Shown: positions 47,795-58,078 of the stretch, one piece after another
Numbering within the stretch: the stretch's first letter is position 1
Layout: every line of letters starts with the position of its first letter
Origin: an uncultured Candidatus Saccharibacteria bacterium
GTDB taxonomy: Bacteria > Patescibacteriota > Minisyncoccia > Phycocordibacterales > UBA9973
NCBI GenBank assembly: GCA_964606285.1
Contig: CAZSFP010000003.1
Span: 20,967-84,966, forward strand
DNA: 64,000 bases
Reading direction: 5' to 3'
The notes under the pieces: model-generated
Told to the model about the DNA's origin: nothing
The model's database searches: none
The model's input: the letters and a program-made list of their open reading frames with translations, nothing else
Translations under genes and position numbers: made by a program

Positions 47795-49885
47795 ATGTCA
47801 TTCATTTCAGATTTTTTTTCAAAAAAGAAAACCCCTGCGCAAACCGATACGCACGCAGTACTGCCGGTGCTGCCGGCTGAAATTTATGAGCAGGCAACGC
47901 TCGAGCTTCAGGATGTCATCGCGCCATCAGCACTTGAAATCTCTCCGAAAAATTTGCACCTCGGCGACAAGATCGCTCGGACATTTTTCGTCATCGCATA
48001 TCCGCGCTTTTTGACCGACAACTGGTTCTCACCTATCATCAATCTCGACAAGATTTTTGATGTCTCTATTTTCATTCACCCGATTGAGACGAGTGAGATT
48101 CTCCATACATTTCAAAAAAAAGTCGCAGAAGTCCAGAGTCAGATCAATGTTCGTGAGAGTAAAGGTCTCGTTCGCGATCCGATGCTCGATACCGCGTATC
48201 GTGATCTCGAATCGCTCCGCGACAATCTCATGCAGGCGCAGGAGAAAATGTTTGAAGTCGGACTCTATATCACTATCTATGCCGACAATGACATAGAACT
48301 ATTCAAGGTTGAAACAGAAGTCAAAACAATTCTCGAATCACGCATGGTCTACATCAAGCCGGCGTTGTTCCAGCAAAAAGAAGGATTCATGAGTATGATT
48401 CCGACTGGCATGGACCTCATCAATGTCCACCAGAAACTCAACTCTGAACCACTCTCGTCTATTTTCCCATTCGTGTCATTTGACCTCACGAGTGAGAAGG
48501 GGATTCTCTATGGAGTAAATCGTCACAATTCGAGTCTTGTTATCTTTGACCGCTACTCACTCGAGAACTATAACTCTGTGCTCTTTGCAACATCTGGCGC
48601 AGGTAAGTCATTTGCGACAAAATTGGAAATTCTCCGAACACTCATGTTTGGTACGAGTGTTATTGTTATTGATCCAGAAAATGAATACAAATACCTTGCC
48701 GAAGCGGTTGGTGGACGCTATTTCAATATTTCACTTTCGTCCGATCACCATATCAATCCGTTCGATTTACCGATCCCACGCGAAGACGAAACTGCTGCTG
48801 ATGTCCTTCGTTCAAATACGATCAATCTCGTCGGACTTTTCCGTGTGATGTTGGGTGGGCTGACACCGGCAGAAGACTCAATCATCGATCAGGCGATTAC
48901 GGAAACCTATGCGATCAAAGATATCAGTCCCGAATCTGATTTTTCAAACATTGAGCCGCCACTATTGTCTGACTTTGAAATGGTACTTGCGGGCATGGAC
49001 GGTACCGAATCGATTATCGCTCGGCTCACTCGCTATACCAAGGGTACATGGGCACGATTCTTGAACCAAGCGTCGAACGTCAACATCGACAAAAACATGG
49101 TGGTTTTCTCTATTCGCGACATGGAAGACGAATTGAAACCAGTGGCGATGTATATCGTGACGCATTATATCTGGAATGAAATCCGCAAGAATTTGAAAAA
49201 GCGTCTCCTTGTTGTCGATGAGGCATGGATCATGATGAAAACTGAAGATACGGCGTCATTCCTCTTTGGTATTGCAAAGCGTGGCCGAAAATACTTTCTC
49301 GGTCTCGCGACGATCACACAGAACGTCGATGACTTTATGGGATCAAAATATGGTGTGGCTATCGTGACGAATGCGTCGATCGCACTGCTCCTCAAACAAT
49401 CTCCGAGTAATATTGCCTTGGTTCAAAAAACATTCAACCTGACAGATGAAGAAAAATATCTTCTCCTCGAATCTGGTGTTGGGGAAGGTATTTTCTTTGC
49501 CGGACTCAAACACGTTGCGATCAAAGTCATCGCTTCATATACTGAACAACAAATCATTACTTCAGATCCGTCACAACTCCTCGCGATCAAGGCCGCCAAG
49601 GATGAACTTGCGCAGTCTGAACAAGGTATAAATGAAGGATCACCGCTCAATGTTGGACAAGACATCATACAACAAGAGAAAGATGCACAAAAAATAGAAA
49701 CAACGTCAACACCTGTATCACCGGCACAAGAGCAATCACCAGAAGTTCAAGAAATTCCTGTAGAAAAAGAAACACCAGTAATTCCGGAAGTGCAATCTGG
49801 GGCAATCACGATAGATGATGATGCATCTGCTCGCTTGATCGAAGAATTACGCGCGCTTGAAAGTGATTTTGGTGGTAAGATATAA
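47795..49885 (+). CDS. VirB4/TrbE/ConE-family type IV secretion ATPase (main body)
   Basis: N-proximal block ALEISPKNLHLGDKIARTFFVIAYP, Walker A LFATSGAGKSFATK, Walker B LLVVDEAW and an acidic/Pro-rich C-terminal tail. Confidence 0.8.
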   Translation: MSFISDFFSKKKTPAQTDTHAVLPVLPAEIYEQATLELQDVIAPSALEISPKNLHLGDKIARTFFVIAYPRFLTDNWFSPIINLDKIFDVSIFIHPIETSEILHTFQKKVAEVQSQINVRESKGLVRDPMLDTAYRDLESLRDNLMQAQEKMFEVGLYITIYADNDIELFKVETEVKTILESRMVYIKPALFQQKEGFMSMIPTGMDLINVHQKLNSEPLSSIFPFVSFDLTSEKGILYGVNRHNSSLVIFDRYSLENYNSVLFATSGAGKSFATKLEILRTLMFGTSVIVIDPENEYKYLAEAVGGRYFNISLSSDHHINPFDLPIPREDETAADVLRSNTINLVGLFRVMLGGLTPAEDSIIDQAITETYAIKDISPESDFSNIEPPLLSDFEMVLAGMDGTESIIARLTRYTKGTWARFLNQASNVNIDKNMVVFSIRDMEDELKPVAMYIVTHYIWNEIRKNLKKRLLVVDEAWIMMKTEDTASFLFGIAKRGRKYFLGLATITQNVDDFMGSKYGVAIVTNASIALLLKQSPSNIALVQKTFNLTDEEKYLLLESGVGEGIFFAGLKHVAIKVIASYTEQQIITSDPSQLLAIKAAKDELAQSEQGINEGSPLNVGQDIIQQEKDAQKIETTSTPVSPAQEQSPEVQEIPVEKETPVIPEVQSGAITIDDDASARLIEELRALESDFGGKI

Positions 49886-49893
49886 TTATTCAT

Positions 49894-50478
49894 ATGGATC
49901 CGATGCAATCACAAACAAATACATCATCTGATGTTCCGGCACAAACAGTACCCGCGGTGTTTGATCTTGATGCACCAATAACAAAAGTTTCTGAAACAAA
50001 ACCATCTGGTTCAATTGCGGATTATTTTTCTGCGCCAATAAAAAACCCTGCGGGACCGTCATCTGTGCCAACTTCAACCCCATCACCTGCATCAGACATT
50101 CCTGCTGTGGTGGATTCTATAGAATCGATCGAGAAGGATTTCAAAGCGGAAATTGGAAAAAACCCTGAACAGACGATCAATGGCGGTATAAAACCGAGCC
50201 GGGGAGTCTTTGAACTCGATATCGAACGACTCGATATGGTTATCGGCAGACTAACACAGACGATTGAATCACGCGAAGCAACTGTTCGTGGCAAAATGGC
50301 GACCTTGAAAGCACTTCGTACAGAGATAGAAAACGACATTGCAGGTATCAAGGGTCTTGAAAAAGAAAAATCTCTCGCGCTTGCTGACAAGAAAAAGATC
50401 ACTGATCTTCATACGCAGGAACTCGATATTGAGAAACATATTGATACGTATGAGAAAGACACAGAATCTATAGTATAA
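49894..50478 (+). CDS. Hypothetical coiled-coil protein in the VirB4 operon
   Basis: 194-aa ORF, 8 nt after the VirB4 stop; heptad-like C-terminal half. Confidence 0.45.
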   Translation: MDPMQSQTNTSSDVPAQTVPAVFDLDAPITKVSETKPSGSIADYFSAPIKNPAGPSSVPTSTPSPASDIPAVVDSIESIEKDFKAEIGKNPEQTINGGIKPSRGVFELDIERLDMVIGRLTQTIESREATVRGKMATLKALRTEIENDIAGIKGLEKEKSLALADKKKITDLHTQELDIEKHIDTYEKDTESIV

Positions 50479-50483
50479 AGGAC

Positions 50484-50550
50484 TTAGTACGAGTACATAG
50501 TATTTTTAGTTTCATACTAAATACTTTGTACTTGTACTTCATACTCATTT
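50484..50550 (+). repeat. GTAC-rich conserved intergenic element, copy 2 (upstream of the 50596-60036 operon)
   Basis: tagtacgagtacatagtat ... atactttgtacttgtacttcatactcatt. Confidence 0.6.
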
Positions 50551-50595
50551 TCTGTACACAGTAACTCCTTCTTTTTATTTTCTTGGCATTATATA

Positions 50596-51573
50596 ATGAG
50601 ATCAATGAAATATCTCTCGATTATCATACTTTCATGTGTTTGTTTTTTTGGTGTGACACATGGCGTTGCACATGCAGAACTTCGAGAAAATGACATTTCC
50701 GCTACAGTAACACCGGAAATTCCTGGTCCAAATGAAGACATTCAATTTCTCTTCTCTTCATTTTCTTTGGATATCAACCGAGTGATGTTTGTTTGGAAGG
50801 TTGACGGCAAGACAGAACTTTCTGGTATCGGCAAAACAAATTTTATGACAAAGTCCGGTCCTGTGGGATCAAAAAAAACGATCACCGTGACACTCAATTA
50901 CCAAGGCGACAGCTTGACCAAAACATTTGTCATCCAACCGACCTCACTCGATCTCCTTTGGGAGGCCGTTGATACGTATCGTCCACCGTTTTACAAAGGA
51001 AAAACACTTCCGGGATCGGAAGCAAAAATAAAAATTGTTGCTCAACCTGATATGAAAGGGGTGGCTGGCAAGCAGGTGAGTGCGAGTAATATGCTTTTTT
51101 TCTGGAAGCGGAACTATACGACTGCACAGGCGGCTTCGGGATATGCAAAAAACAGTTTCACATTCAAACATAATTATTTGAACAAAAATGAAATTGTGTC
51201 CGTCATCGGAACAGATTTCGAGTCAGGGAAGTCAGCAAGTGCAACTTTTTCACTCAAGCTTTCAAATCCAAAAATTCTTTTTTATGGTGTTACCAGTGAT
51301 CTCGGTATCTGGTTTAACAGTGCTTTGTCGAACAACCAGGCTCTTTCTTCTCTCGTAACACAGATTTTTGCTGCGCCGTACTCATTTGCACCACGTGAAG
51401 CAAAAAGTGGAGAATTTTCTTTTGCGTGGTCAATAAACGGCGTGTCTGCGACTGCTAATACTATTAGAAATATGATTACTGCTGGTTCTGGTGTTTCGTC
51501 AATCGGTTTGCGCATCGAAAGCAATCCGCGATTGTTTCAGACTGCTGAAAGCCGCATAAATTTCTCAAAATAA
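50596..51573 (+). CDS. Secreted hypothetical protein
   Basis: Signal peptide MRSMKYLSIIILSCVCFFGVTHGVAHA. Confidence 0.5.
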   Translation: MRSMKYLSIIILSCVCFFGVTHGVAHAELRENDISATVTPEIPGPNEDIQFLFSSFSLDINRVMFVWKVDGKTELSGIGKTNFMTKSGPVGSKKTITVTLNYQGDSLTKTFVIQPTSLDLLWEAVDTYRPPFYKGKTLPGSEAKIKIVAQPDMKGVAGKQVSASNMLFFWKRNYTTAQAASGYAKNSFTFKHNYLNKNEIVSVIGTDFESGKSASATFSLKLSNPKILFYGVTSDLGIWFNSALSNNQALSSLVTQIFAAPYSFAPREAKSGEFSFAWSINGVSATANTIRNMITAGSGVSSIGLRIESNPRLFQTAESRINFSK

Positions 51574-51574
51574 T

Positions 51575-53695
51575 ATGAAATATTTTTTCCTCTCACTTTG
51601 CATACTTCTCGGATCATTCTTTGTTTCATCTGAACAGGTTTTTGCTGTGATAAACCTCAATCCGGCAACAACAACGGTTAGTATGAGTATCAATTCACTC
51701 AATACTCAAAACGGAACTATTGGATTCAAGGCGCATGTCATGAATACGGGTATTATACCAAGCACACCAACGTACAGTGTTATCAATACTCTCAGTGTCA
51801 ATAATAGTGGGGTTGCGAGTACATCTTTTTCTGGTTTGGTTGCCGGTGGCTCGTATCTCGTTCAAATCAAATCATATCCTTTGTCTGATCCAACTGATTT
51901 GTCTCTTGATCAAGAAAAACCATTTCAAACACAAGCACAGTCTCCAACGTTAACATCTCTTTCTGTTACTAGTGGCAATCAAGGACAAGTAATGACCGTC
52001 AACATGACGGGAACAAATTTTGTAAACGGGGCGACAGCAAACTTTGGTGCCAATATCAGCAACACGATAACATTTGTCAGCCCAACTCTTTTGAAGGCAG
52101 ATATTATCATAGCGAACAATGCGAGTGCTGGACCAAGAAGCGTAACAGTCACGAGCGGGGGAAACACAACAGCGCCAAAAACATTTACTGTTGTAGCAAA
52201 TCAGGGGACGGCATTTTCTATCGTTGGTGCATCACCAGTTTTTACAGCAGAACCAAATGATCCCAGCTTGGCACATGTCACTATGACCGTGACATTCAAC
52301 GGTGATCCGATGTCTGCCCCAGCAGCAGGTATCACGCTCGTGACAAGTACTGACAATCCTGCGACAGTGAATACTGTATACAATGGACCTGTCACAGGAA
52401 GTGCACAAACAGTTACCGGTAACTCATATGCAGTTGAACTTTCAAACGTGCCACTCAATACGACATATTCATATATCATAAAGAATGCAACGACAGGCGC
52501 GACTATGTATGGCCCAAAGACATTTACTGCCAGCCTCAATACGACACCACCACCGACGGATGCATGTCCAAATGAACCTGGGGTGCAACCAACAGGACCG
52601 TGTAATAACATGGAAAATGATGTTTGTACCAATGAACCTGGGATTCAGCCACCAGGAACACAGTGTCAAACAGTGTTATATACACTTCTCGAGCCGATCA
52701 TGGGCGTGACGGCGATCAACACAGCATCTGACCTTGCGACATTTTTCAACTTTCTTTTTAAGATGCTCATCGGACTCTGTAGTTTGCTTGCGGTTATCAT
52801 GATTATCATCGGCGGTATCGAATATCTCACAACCGAAGCGTTCACAGGCAAGAGCAATGCTCGCGATCGCATCGAAAATGCCGTAACTGGTCTTGTGCTC
52901 CTTGCGGCAATTTATCTTATTCTCTATACGATCAACCCAAATTTGTTGCGATTGAATATCGATTTGAAGGCGATTGAAACGCATATAGATGGTGTCACTC
53001 TTTCTGATGTTCAGTTTATTTCTGACGCTCAGTTTTCTAGTATTACAGGACATAGTCCTATTGCACCTGCGGCATTGGAAGGAGTGATAAATTCAGTTGC
53101 TCAATCGTACAGTATTGATGCATGTGCGATAAAGGCGATTATTGAAAAAGAATCAAACTTTAGAGTTGGTGCAATAGGTCATGATGAAAATGCCGGTCTA
53201 TCAAATCCGGCTTCGCGAACGAAGAGTGCAAAAGCATTTGTTGCGTCGCTCAAAAAATATACCGGAACAGTATTTACAACAAGCACTATTCCCTCGAGAA
53301 ACGATGATGAAACAAATGATCACAATGTTCTCGATCCAAACAGCCCCGGACTCGGCCTTGATTGGCGTTTTAGTCATGGTATAGGTCTCATGCAGGTCAC
53401 ATTTTTTCCACCTGCATATCAAGTAGATGGTTATACGACAAATCCACCTGCGTGGAGTACGAGAAACACGCACCCAACAAGAAACGGGCAGACACCAAAA
53501 CAAATGATGACAGAAGCAACAAACATCTCAAATGGTGCGTTGATCTACAAGAATTTTTTAACAAGCGATGCTTGTGGCAATGATCCATTGAAAGCATTTT
53601 CTGCTTATAATGCAGGAACAGTCGGGTGTACGACACCGACAGCATATGGTCAGATAGTTTTTGCCAACTACACTGCCTGCATGAACGGACAATAA
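51575..53695 (+). CDS. Multi-domain envelope protein: signal peptide, Ig-like surface repeats, hydrophobic helical hairpin, and a C-terminal lytic-transglycosylase (SLT/VirB1-like) domain
   Basis: TM pair (LLAVIMIIIGGIEYLT ... GLVLLAAIYLILYTI). SLT motifs AIIEKESNF (catalytic Glu-Ser) and GLMQV in the C-terminal ~200 aa. Confidence 0.65.
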   Translation: MKYFFLSLCILLGSFFVSSEQVFAVINLNPATTTVSMSINSLNTQNGTIGFKAHVMNTGIIPSTPTYSVINTLSVNNSGVASTSFSGLVAGGSYLVQIKSYPLSDPTDLSLDQEKPFQTQAQSPTLTSLSVTSGNQGQVMTVNMTGTNFVNGATANFGANISNTITFVSPTLLKADIIIANNASAGPRSVTVTSGGNTTAPKTFTVVANQGTAFSIVGASPVFTAEPNDPSLAHVTMTVTFNGDPMSAPAAGITLVTSTDNPATVNTVYNGPVTGSAQTVTGNSYAVELSNVPLNTTYSYIIKNATTGATMYGPKTFTASLNTTPPPTDACPNEPGVQPTGPCNNMENDVCTNEPGIQPPGTQCQTVLYTLLEPIMGVTAINTASDLATFFNFLFKMLIGLCSLLAVIMIIIGGIEYLTTEAFTGKSNARDRIENAVTGLVLLAAIYLILYTINPNLLRLNIDLKAIETHIDGVTLSDVQFISDAQFSSITGHSPIAPAALEGVINSVAQSYSIDACAIKAIIEKESNFRVGAIGHDENAGLSNPASRTKSAKAFVASLKKYTGTVFTTSTIPSRNDDETNDHNVLDPNSPGLGLDWRFSHGIGLMQVTFFPPAYQVDGYTTNPPAWSTRNTHPTRNGQTPKQMMTEATNISNGALIYKNFLTSDACGNDPLKAFSAYNAGTVGCTTPTAYGQIVFANYTACMNGQ

Positions 53696-53712
53696 TTGCT
53701 ATACTATTTACA

Positions 53713-55050
53713 ATGTCACGCATAGCTAAAATTTCCATCATTACGCTTATCGTCATCATCCTCGCTATTGGTGCAGTATTTCTTTTTGCAAAAATAAAAA
53801 ATCCGACAACACCGGTGACGACATCTGTTCGCAACCTGTTTCCATTTGGCACATCTTCAAATATTCCATCGACAGATGATAGTGGTACTGATGTAGTCGT
53901 TGTTCCTCCGTCAGAAACAGGTCCGTATGTCCCACCACGACTCCGCAAGATTACTGACTTTGCTGTTGCTGGACTCATTCCTCTTTCCAAAGAGCGTATT
54001 ATTCCACAACCTGTTACCACAGAAGGCACAGCATCGTTTCCTGTAACAACTCCTGCGCCTGCGACAGGGAAGAAACCAAAAACACCAGCAGTGCCAAAGG
54101 TTCCAACCGAAACAGTTACCACTGTTCGTTTCGTTGCCCGGTCAAATGCTGCTGTATATGAAAGCGATGTCGACAAAAAAGACCTTGAACGCTTGACGGT
54201 GACGTATATCCCGCGTATTTATGAAGCATATTTTGGCAATGCCGGTGACGACGTGATCCTTCGCTATTTGTCTGATGATTATCAAACGATCCAAACATAT
54301 CTTGCCCATATCCCAAAGCGTGCAGACCTCGCAATAAACAAAGATTTGACTGGCGAATTCTTGCCGGAAAATATCACAGACGTTGCGGTATCGCCTGATA
54401 TGAAAAAATATTTTTATCTTTTTTCTTCTGGAGAGACAACAAATGGTATCATGGGTACGTTTGGTGCATCAGCAAAATCACAAATTTTTTCTCACGGATT
54501 TTCTGAATGGTTGCCGACATGGACGAGTGCGGGAACGATTGTCCTCACGACAAAACCTTCCGCTACTGCACTTGGCTATGCATACGGTCTCGATATAGTA
54601 AAAAAAACATTGACCAAATACATGAACGCAACGCCAGGTGGCTACGCAGTCCTTTCGCCAAACGCAAAAACACTTCTCTATAGTGCGGCGGGAACAAGTG
54701 TCTCTCTCAATACAAAGCCAGTTGCAACATCCGGAGAACCAACGTCACTCGGGATTCAAACTCTTGCTGATAAATGTGTCTGGAACAGTACCTCGACTGC
54801 CATTTATTGTGCGGTGCCAACATCGCTCGCTGCAACGCTCCCTGACAGCTGGTATCAGGGAACTGTTTCTTTTTCTGATTTACTTTGGAAAATTGACACT
54901 GTGACTGGTGTTTCGACTCTTCTGGCAAATCCGGAAAAAGATGTTTCAGTTCCGATCGACATGACGAATCTCGCTCTTGATCCATCTGAATCGTATCTCT
55001 TTTTCATCAACAAAAAAGACGCGACCTTGTGGAGTTACTCACTCAAATAA
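53713..55050 (+). CDS. Signal-anchored hypothetical protein
   Basis: N-terminal TM ISIITLIVIILAIGAVFLFA. Start set at MSRIAKI. Confidence 0.5.
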   Translation: MSRIAKISIITLIVIILAIGAVFLFAKIKNPTTPVTTSVRNLFPFGTSSNIPSTDDSGTDVVVVPPSETGPYVPPRLRKITDFAVAGLIPLSKERIIPQPVTTEGTASFPVTTPAPATGKKPKTPAVPKVPTETVTTVRFVARSNAAVYESDVDKKDLERLTVTYIPRIYEAYFGNAGDDVILRYLSDDYQTIQTYLAHIPKRADLAINKDLTGEFLPENITDVAVSPDMKKYFYLFSSGETTNGIMGTFGASAKSQIFSHGFSEWLPTWTSAGTIVLTTKPSATALGYAYGLDIVKKTLTKYMNATPGGYAVLSPNAKTLLYSAAGTSVSLNTKPVATSGEPTSLGIQTLADKCVWNSTSTAIYCAVPTSLAATLPDSWYQGTVSFSDLLWKIDTVTGVSTLLANPEKDVSVPIDMTNLALDPSESYLFFINKKDATLWSYSLK

Positions 55051-55224
55051 TAGGTATTTGTAAGATGCTCATCTTTCGGGCGTCTTAGTATTTATGTTAT
55101 CCCCATGGTTATTGTTAAATATCTTCAGGGGGGGGTACAATTAGAGAATGGTGGGGAAAGTAAGCATTAGAGAAGTAATCAATACATCTCTCTTTAATTT
55201 ATAACATTTTTAAACAATATTTTC

Positions 55225-57282
55225 ATGAAAAAAATCATTTTAGGATTGACTGTGGTAACCGCAATCGTTTTGTTTCTCGGAGTTCATACAGCGAAAGCTC
55301 AAACGAGCACGACTGATACGACCTCTACTATTTCTATGATAGACATGCGTCCAGTTTCTTTTTTTGAAAGAATAAAACTTCGTTTTGTCTTTAAACAAGA
55401 AAAGAAAGTAGAAATACTCAAAGAATTTTCACAGAGAGATTTTGCAGCAGCTCAAAAGAAATTGAGTGAAGGGAAAGAAGCTGAAGCAACAGCACTTCTC
55501 AAGAAATCAGACGAACATCTCCTCCATGCCACTGAATCAGTCTCTCGTATCCGTGATGCAGTAAAACAACAGAAAGCTCTCGATACTATTTCTGCAACGG
55601 TATCTACTCGTACAACTGTTTTGTCAGAAGTAAAAGATAAGATACAGAACCCTGTTGCCAAGGAAGCGATTGAACGGGCTATTATTCGTCATGCAGATGA
55701 TGCAAATGCGGTAGACATGAAGATCAAAGAGAGAATTAATGATCTCAAAACGAAAGCAAAAAACAGTGATGATAGTAAAAAGAAAGAAAAGGATATCGAT
55801 GCAAAAGATCTTTCTGCGGCAGTAGCGTCAACAACACAAACTAAAAGTACAACTTCTTCCGGATATTGCAGTGGTGGAACAAGTGCCTCAATGATAAGTG
55901 TTGTAAAAAATACTGCATATCCAAATCAAACTGTCGTTCCAAATACGACACATTTCAAAATTGCTTCATATAAAGTAAAAAACAATTGTACAGAATCTAT
56001 AGTTCTCACTGGTCTTAATATTGGAGCAGGTATTGTTGGTACAAATAGTGCAAATTTTACAAATGTAGAAGCACGCATAAACGGAGTTCTCCAGGGAGTA
56101 CATCCAACACTTTATCCTTTTGCGATAAATTATGTAATTACCTCAATGCAGACTATTACTGTTGATTTCTATGCAAATATTGGTCCTGCAACGTCTGGAT
56201 CTATCCAGACAGGTATGTGGGTTTCTGGGACAGGACTATCTTCTGGTACGAGTTACTCATCAAATACAGCTTCAGGGCAGTTGATTACGATTGGTGCATC
56301 TTCAATTATTGCAACAGTCGATGCTTCAGCACCAGTCGCATCTATTGTTCATGACAACCAAACAATTCCTTCTGCCGCATTCAAATTTGCAGCGGTGAAT
56401 TCTGCTTACAATGTGACCGATCTCACATTGACCATTCCTCAGTCAGGAGCAACAGTGGCACAATCAGTTATGATCTACGATGGTTCAACCCTTATCGCAA
56501 CACAACCAGGGGCGACAACGATTAACTTCACTGGTCTTTCATGGAATGTTCCAGCAAACGCGACCAAGGTTCTTACAGTGAAGTTACAGCTCGGCGCTGT
56601 CGGTATTGGAGCAGGTTCAACTGGAGCAAAATTGCTGACAACATTGACGAACTTTACTGCAACGAATATGTCATCAGGTGTTTCAGCTGCCGGCACAGAG
56701 AATAATCCTGCAGGTAATTTAATATATGCCTATGCCGCAATACCGACAATTACAAATATGGAACTTGCTTCTAATAATCTCATTCCAGGATCACAAATGA
56801 TTTCTAAATTCACTATTTCTCCTACAGGAGGAAATATTGGCTGGAAGAAATTATCTTGGACAATCAGTCGTTCTATGGGGGGTGTAGACACTCTTTCAAC
56901 CCCGACACTGTGGGATGTTGATAGTAATACTCAGATTCCTGGTGTTGCTACATTTACTGGTTCTGTGAATACAGACAACGACATATCTGGAGGAATTACA
57001 TTTGTTGCCACAAACGAACAACAGCTTAGTGGTACAAAAATGTATGTTTTGAAAGTTATGACCGCATTTACACCAGCAACAGGAGATTACTTGAGTACAA
57101 GCATTCAACAGCCTTCAACGTACATGTCTTCTAATACATATCCAAATATTGGAGGAACATCAACTTCATTTGTTTGGTCTGATATTTCAGCGGCAAATCA
57201 TAATATATCTACTCTTGATTGGACTGGTAGTTATCTCGTGAGAAATCTTCCAACAAGCGCGCAAACTCTTTTCGTAAACTAA
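55225..57282 (+). CDS. Large secreted Ser/Thr/Gly-rich surface protein
   Basis: Signal peptide MKKIILGLTVVTAIVLFLGVHTAKA; 685 aa. Confidence 0.5.
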   Translation: MKKIILGLTVVTAIVLFLGVHTAKAQTSTTDTTSTISMIDMRPVSFFERIKLRFVFKQEKKVEILKEFSQRDFAAAQKKLSEGKEAEATALLKKSDEHLLHATESVSRIRDAVKQQKALDTISATVSTRTTVLSEVKDKIQNPVAKEAIERAIIRHADDANAVDMKIKERINDLKTKAKNSDDSKKKEKDIDAKDLSAAVASTTQTKSTTSSGYCSGGTSASMISVVKNTAYPNQTVVPNTTHFKIASYKVKNNCTESIVLTGLNIGAGIVGTNSANFTNVEARINGVLQGVHPTLYPFAINYVITSMQTITVDFYANIGPATSGSIQTGMWVSGTGLSSGTSYSSNTASGQLITIGASSIIATVDASAPVASIVHDNQTIPSAAFKFAAVNSAYNVTDLTLTIPQSGATVAQSVMIYDGSTLIATQPGATTINFTGLSWNVPANATKVLTVKLQLGAVGIGAGSTGAKLLTTLTNFTATNMSSGVSAAGTENNPAGNLIYAYAAIPTITNMELASNNLIPGSQMISKFTISPTGGNIGWKKLSWTISRSMGGVDTLSTPTLWDVDSNTQIPGVATFTGSVNTDNDISGGITFVATNEQQLSGTKMYVLKVMTAFTPATGDYLSTSIQQPSTYMSSNTYPNIGGTSTSFVWSDISAANHNISTLDWTGSYLVRNLPTSAQTLFVN

Positions 57283-57289
57283 TACATAT

Positions 57290-58066
57290 ATGAACAATCA
57301 GAAATACATATATATCATTTTGGGGATTCTTGTTGCTACTATTGCAATCTTTGCAATAACCCAGTACAAAGCCCCATCAGATGACAGAACTGTTCTCCTA
57401 GGGCCGGATTATATTTCATACAATCAAAACAATACTCCACCAACACCAAGTGATGACCACGGATCACCTGCAGTATTCACTCAAGAATTGAAATACGGCA
57501 TGAAAGACAATGATCAAGTGACAAAGCTCCAAGTGTTCTTGATCGCCCACGGATATCTCAACGGAACACCAAATGGTGACTACTATAGTTACACACTTGC
57601 AGCAGTGAAGAAATTCCAATCTGCAAACGGTCTTCCGGTCACTGGTATTGTTGATGTACAGACGCGCGCAGCGCTCAATCGAGGAGAAGGCAATCAGTAT
57701 AGTGTTACCGAGAGTCCATGCGGTCTCAATGTCTCTCCGTATCAGGTTGTCTCATTTCCTTTGATGATCACTGGTGAATTTAACATTGGCCAGCAACAAC
57801 CAGGTGCTGTCTGCTCACTCGGACTCTTTGAAGGACAGGTTGGTGCAGTCAAAGTATATTCCTCAGCAGGGGCATACTTGAACCGCTGGGCAGCACTTAT
57901 GATCACGAACCCAAACTTTGATTATCAGCCGGGCACGTACAATTTTGCGGGGACATTGACATCTCCGAATGTTTCATCCGGCCAAACGGTCATCTTGCGA
58001 TTTGAAAAAGAAGATCCAAGTGGCGAACATCCATATCACTTTGATATTCCGGTGATTGTGGGGTAA
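57290..58066 (+). CDS. Signal-anchored protein with a peptidoglycan-binding (PG_binding_1-like) domain; first of four tandem N-terminal paralogs
   Basis: N-terminus MNNQKYIYIILGILVATIAIFAIT and VTKLQVFLIAHGYLNG...AAVKKFQSANGLPVTGIVDVQTRAAL. Confidence 0.6.
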   Translation: MNNQKYIYIILGILVATIAIFAITQYKAPSDDRTVLLGPDYISYNQNNTPPTPSDDHGSPAVFTQELKYGMKDNDQVTKLQVFLIAHGYLNGTPNGDYYSYTLAAVKKFQSANGLPVTGIVDVQTRAALNRGEGNQYSVTESPCGLNVSPYQVVSFPLMITGEFNIGQQQPGAVCSLGLFEGQVGAVKVYSSAGAYLNRWAALMITNPNFDYQPGTYNFAGTLTSPNVSSGQTVILRFEKEDPSGEHPYHFDIPVIVG

Positions 58067-58078
58067 AAAACAAATTAT

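Noticed and set aside
53626-53712. Longer 474-aa version of the 53713 ORF overlapping the end of the SLT-protein gene
   Set aside because: The upstream extension (MYDTDSIWSDSFCQLHC...) overlaps the preceding gene's C-terminus in another frame and precedes the obvious signal-anchor start MSRIAKI.
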